Shown in pieces: positions 62,254-64,000 of a stretch of 64,000 bases of DNA (positions are counted from its first letter, which is position 1; each line of letters starts with the position of its first letter). The notes beneath the pieces are model-generated. The model did no database searches and was not told the origin of the DNA. It worked only from the letters and a program-made list of their open reading frames with translations. The position numbers and the translations under genes are program-made. Location: positions 11,594,001 to 11,658,000 of the forward strand of contig JAQFVV010000005.1 in NCBI GenBank assembly GCA_028023455.1, read 5' to 3'. Source of the DNA: Epiperipatus broadwayi. Lineage: Eukaryota > Animalia > Onychophora.

Positions 62254-64000
62254 AATTACTGGAGAATCATCAAAATAAAGGTAAATACTTTCATTTAAAA
62301 AAATAAAAACAGTTTTGAATGCAACCAATATTAAATGCAATAAAACAATTACAGAATTTTAAAAGAAGTAATTAACTTTTTTGATAGTCTTCTAAGAAGA
62401 TGAGTATGTAGAACAAGTGCTTATTAACCAGTTTAGAAAGATACAAAAGTGAATATTGATAAGGGATTAAGAAGAGGCATTTAAATTTTAAAATTTCTTG
62501 CTGTCCATAATAGTTGCGCAATAGAATTGCCATAATTATATTCCATACCATTCATAAAGATAAGAGGCCAATATGTTATGCATCACAGCATAAAAAATTG
62601 TAGGCAGGAAAAATTGTAGGCTTCTATGTAAGAAAATCTTGGCAAAAGATTATGCATTAAGGATGTTCCATAAATTTTCATATAAGAGAATAGAAACACT
62701 ACAAATCTTTATTTGGAATACCAGTTCCAAATACATCTGTACCACATCATAAATGATCAGATGGATAATTGATTATCAGCTTTTGATTTAAGCAGGGACA
62801 AAGTGTCCATGTATTGAACAGAATGAGTGATTCGATAGAAAAATTCACTAAAATTTTCAAAAGCTTTAATTAAAATTCAATTTAAAAAAGTTACTTTCAA
62901 TTTTTTTCACCAACAGTTGAATTGTTTTTATATACACAAAGAATGAATTTGACTAATGCATTGTCAGTTGATTATAAGAAGTTCAAACAATGCTAAGATC
63001 TAATTTACAGTTAAAACTTTTAAAAATGTTAAAAGGATTTGGAAGATAAAAATATATTGATAGTATATTCTCTGATTTACAGATAAGAGAGTTTCAGATT
63101 TTTCTAGATGTGTGTAATATATATATATATTAGACACTATTACATAAAAATTGTTGTGGCAAGGAAAATAAAAACAGAAGAGTGTTTCCATTCCTAAAAA
63201 AGTCACGCTTCATCACTGATTTATAGATAGTGTCAAATACAGTGGATATCTTTTTAAAATTTCCCAATGAGCAAGAAAATTATTAAAATATGATAGTTAT
63301 AACACTATATTGATATAATCTGGAATATTAAATAATTGGATTGAATCAGAAAGTGATGTGGTATATCAAATTTTATAGAAATGTTAACCTCCTAAATGCC
63401 CAAAAATATTACATAAAGCTTTTTGGAATGCTAAAGATGAAATTTTATCATTAGGGGGATGTATCCTGATGATGCATAAAATAGTCATGCCAAAAGAAAG
63501 GAAAAAATATTTTTCAAATTTGATGGTCAGAAGTATAATTATATTAAGAATTGTGAACTTTTTCAGGAAGGGCTAGATCTTGTAAAAAAAACTACAGGAA
63601 TATAACATATGGATTATGCAGGTCTATACAAAGTTATTATTCCTGCTTGCAATAGATATGTATTCAAGTTGGATAACTTATAGATTAATTTAAAGTATTA
63701 GTTTTTTCCAACCAGAAGTATTTATTTCTGGAACTGCTTTTATTTCTAGTAAGTTCAAAAAAACAATGAATTGGGGTATGTCATACAAGTTGATGCCACT
63801 CTATCATCATGAATTTAATAAATTAGCTGGGAGAACAATGCAGTATAATGATTAAAAGTAAAATAAATGATGAAGCATAAAACTATATATGATTTATTGT
63901 TTATCAGTATTTACTTCATGAAATAATGAAAAAAAAATCCATCAGAATTATTAATGATGATAGAAAACATCAAATGAGTTATTTCTATTATTCCAACTAA

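Larger units (their letters stand above)
61090..63870 (+). mobile_element. Decayed Ty3/Gypsy pol (RT, RNase H, integrase order) interrupted by two younger insertions
   Basis: IPKSDSEMCLCDDYK, KVDVKIAFLQI, FQSKMDTLL, ILIT/ITGE, GGCIL...KIVMPKE, DYAG and LAGRTMQ resemble Gypsy pol motifs. Confidence 0.8.

Overview
Very AT-rich eukaryotic (probably invertebrate) DNA. The host content is a three-copy cluster of ~8-11 kb duplicated blocks, each carrying a poly-C2H2 zinc-finger gene: an intact 14-finger ORF (828-2162), a pseudogene (~17489-19082) and an intact 21-finger ORF (40440-42359). The rest is transposon debris: RTE LINEs, a Gypsy pol remnant, LTR-like inserts, TIR elements and a tRNA-derived mini-SINE. 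The most striking signal is a set of self-cleaving-RNA motifs found by eye. (1) Three divergent Penelope-like (GIY-YIG) remnants all carry a type I hammerhead fold in the 3' UTR with a non-canonical AUGANUAU core (A3-U8 in place of C3-G8) and covarying stems. (2) Two non-coding repeat families with ~425-460 nt monomers have one type I hammerhead per monomer, i.e. retrozyme-like elements. (3) All seven two-armed insertions of these elements are head-to-head inversions, and where resolvable they have 11-17 bp target-site duplications like the Penelope copies. This suggests the non-coding families are mobilised in trans by Penelope enzymes (inference). All alignments and folds were done manually. 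Ribozyme activity and novelty relative to databases are untested.
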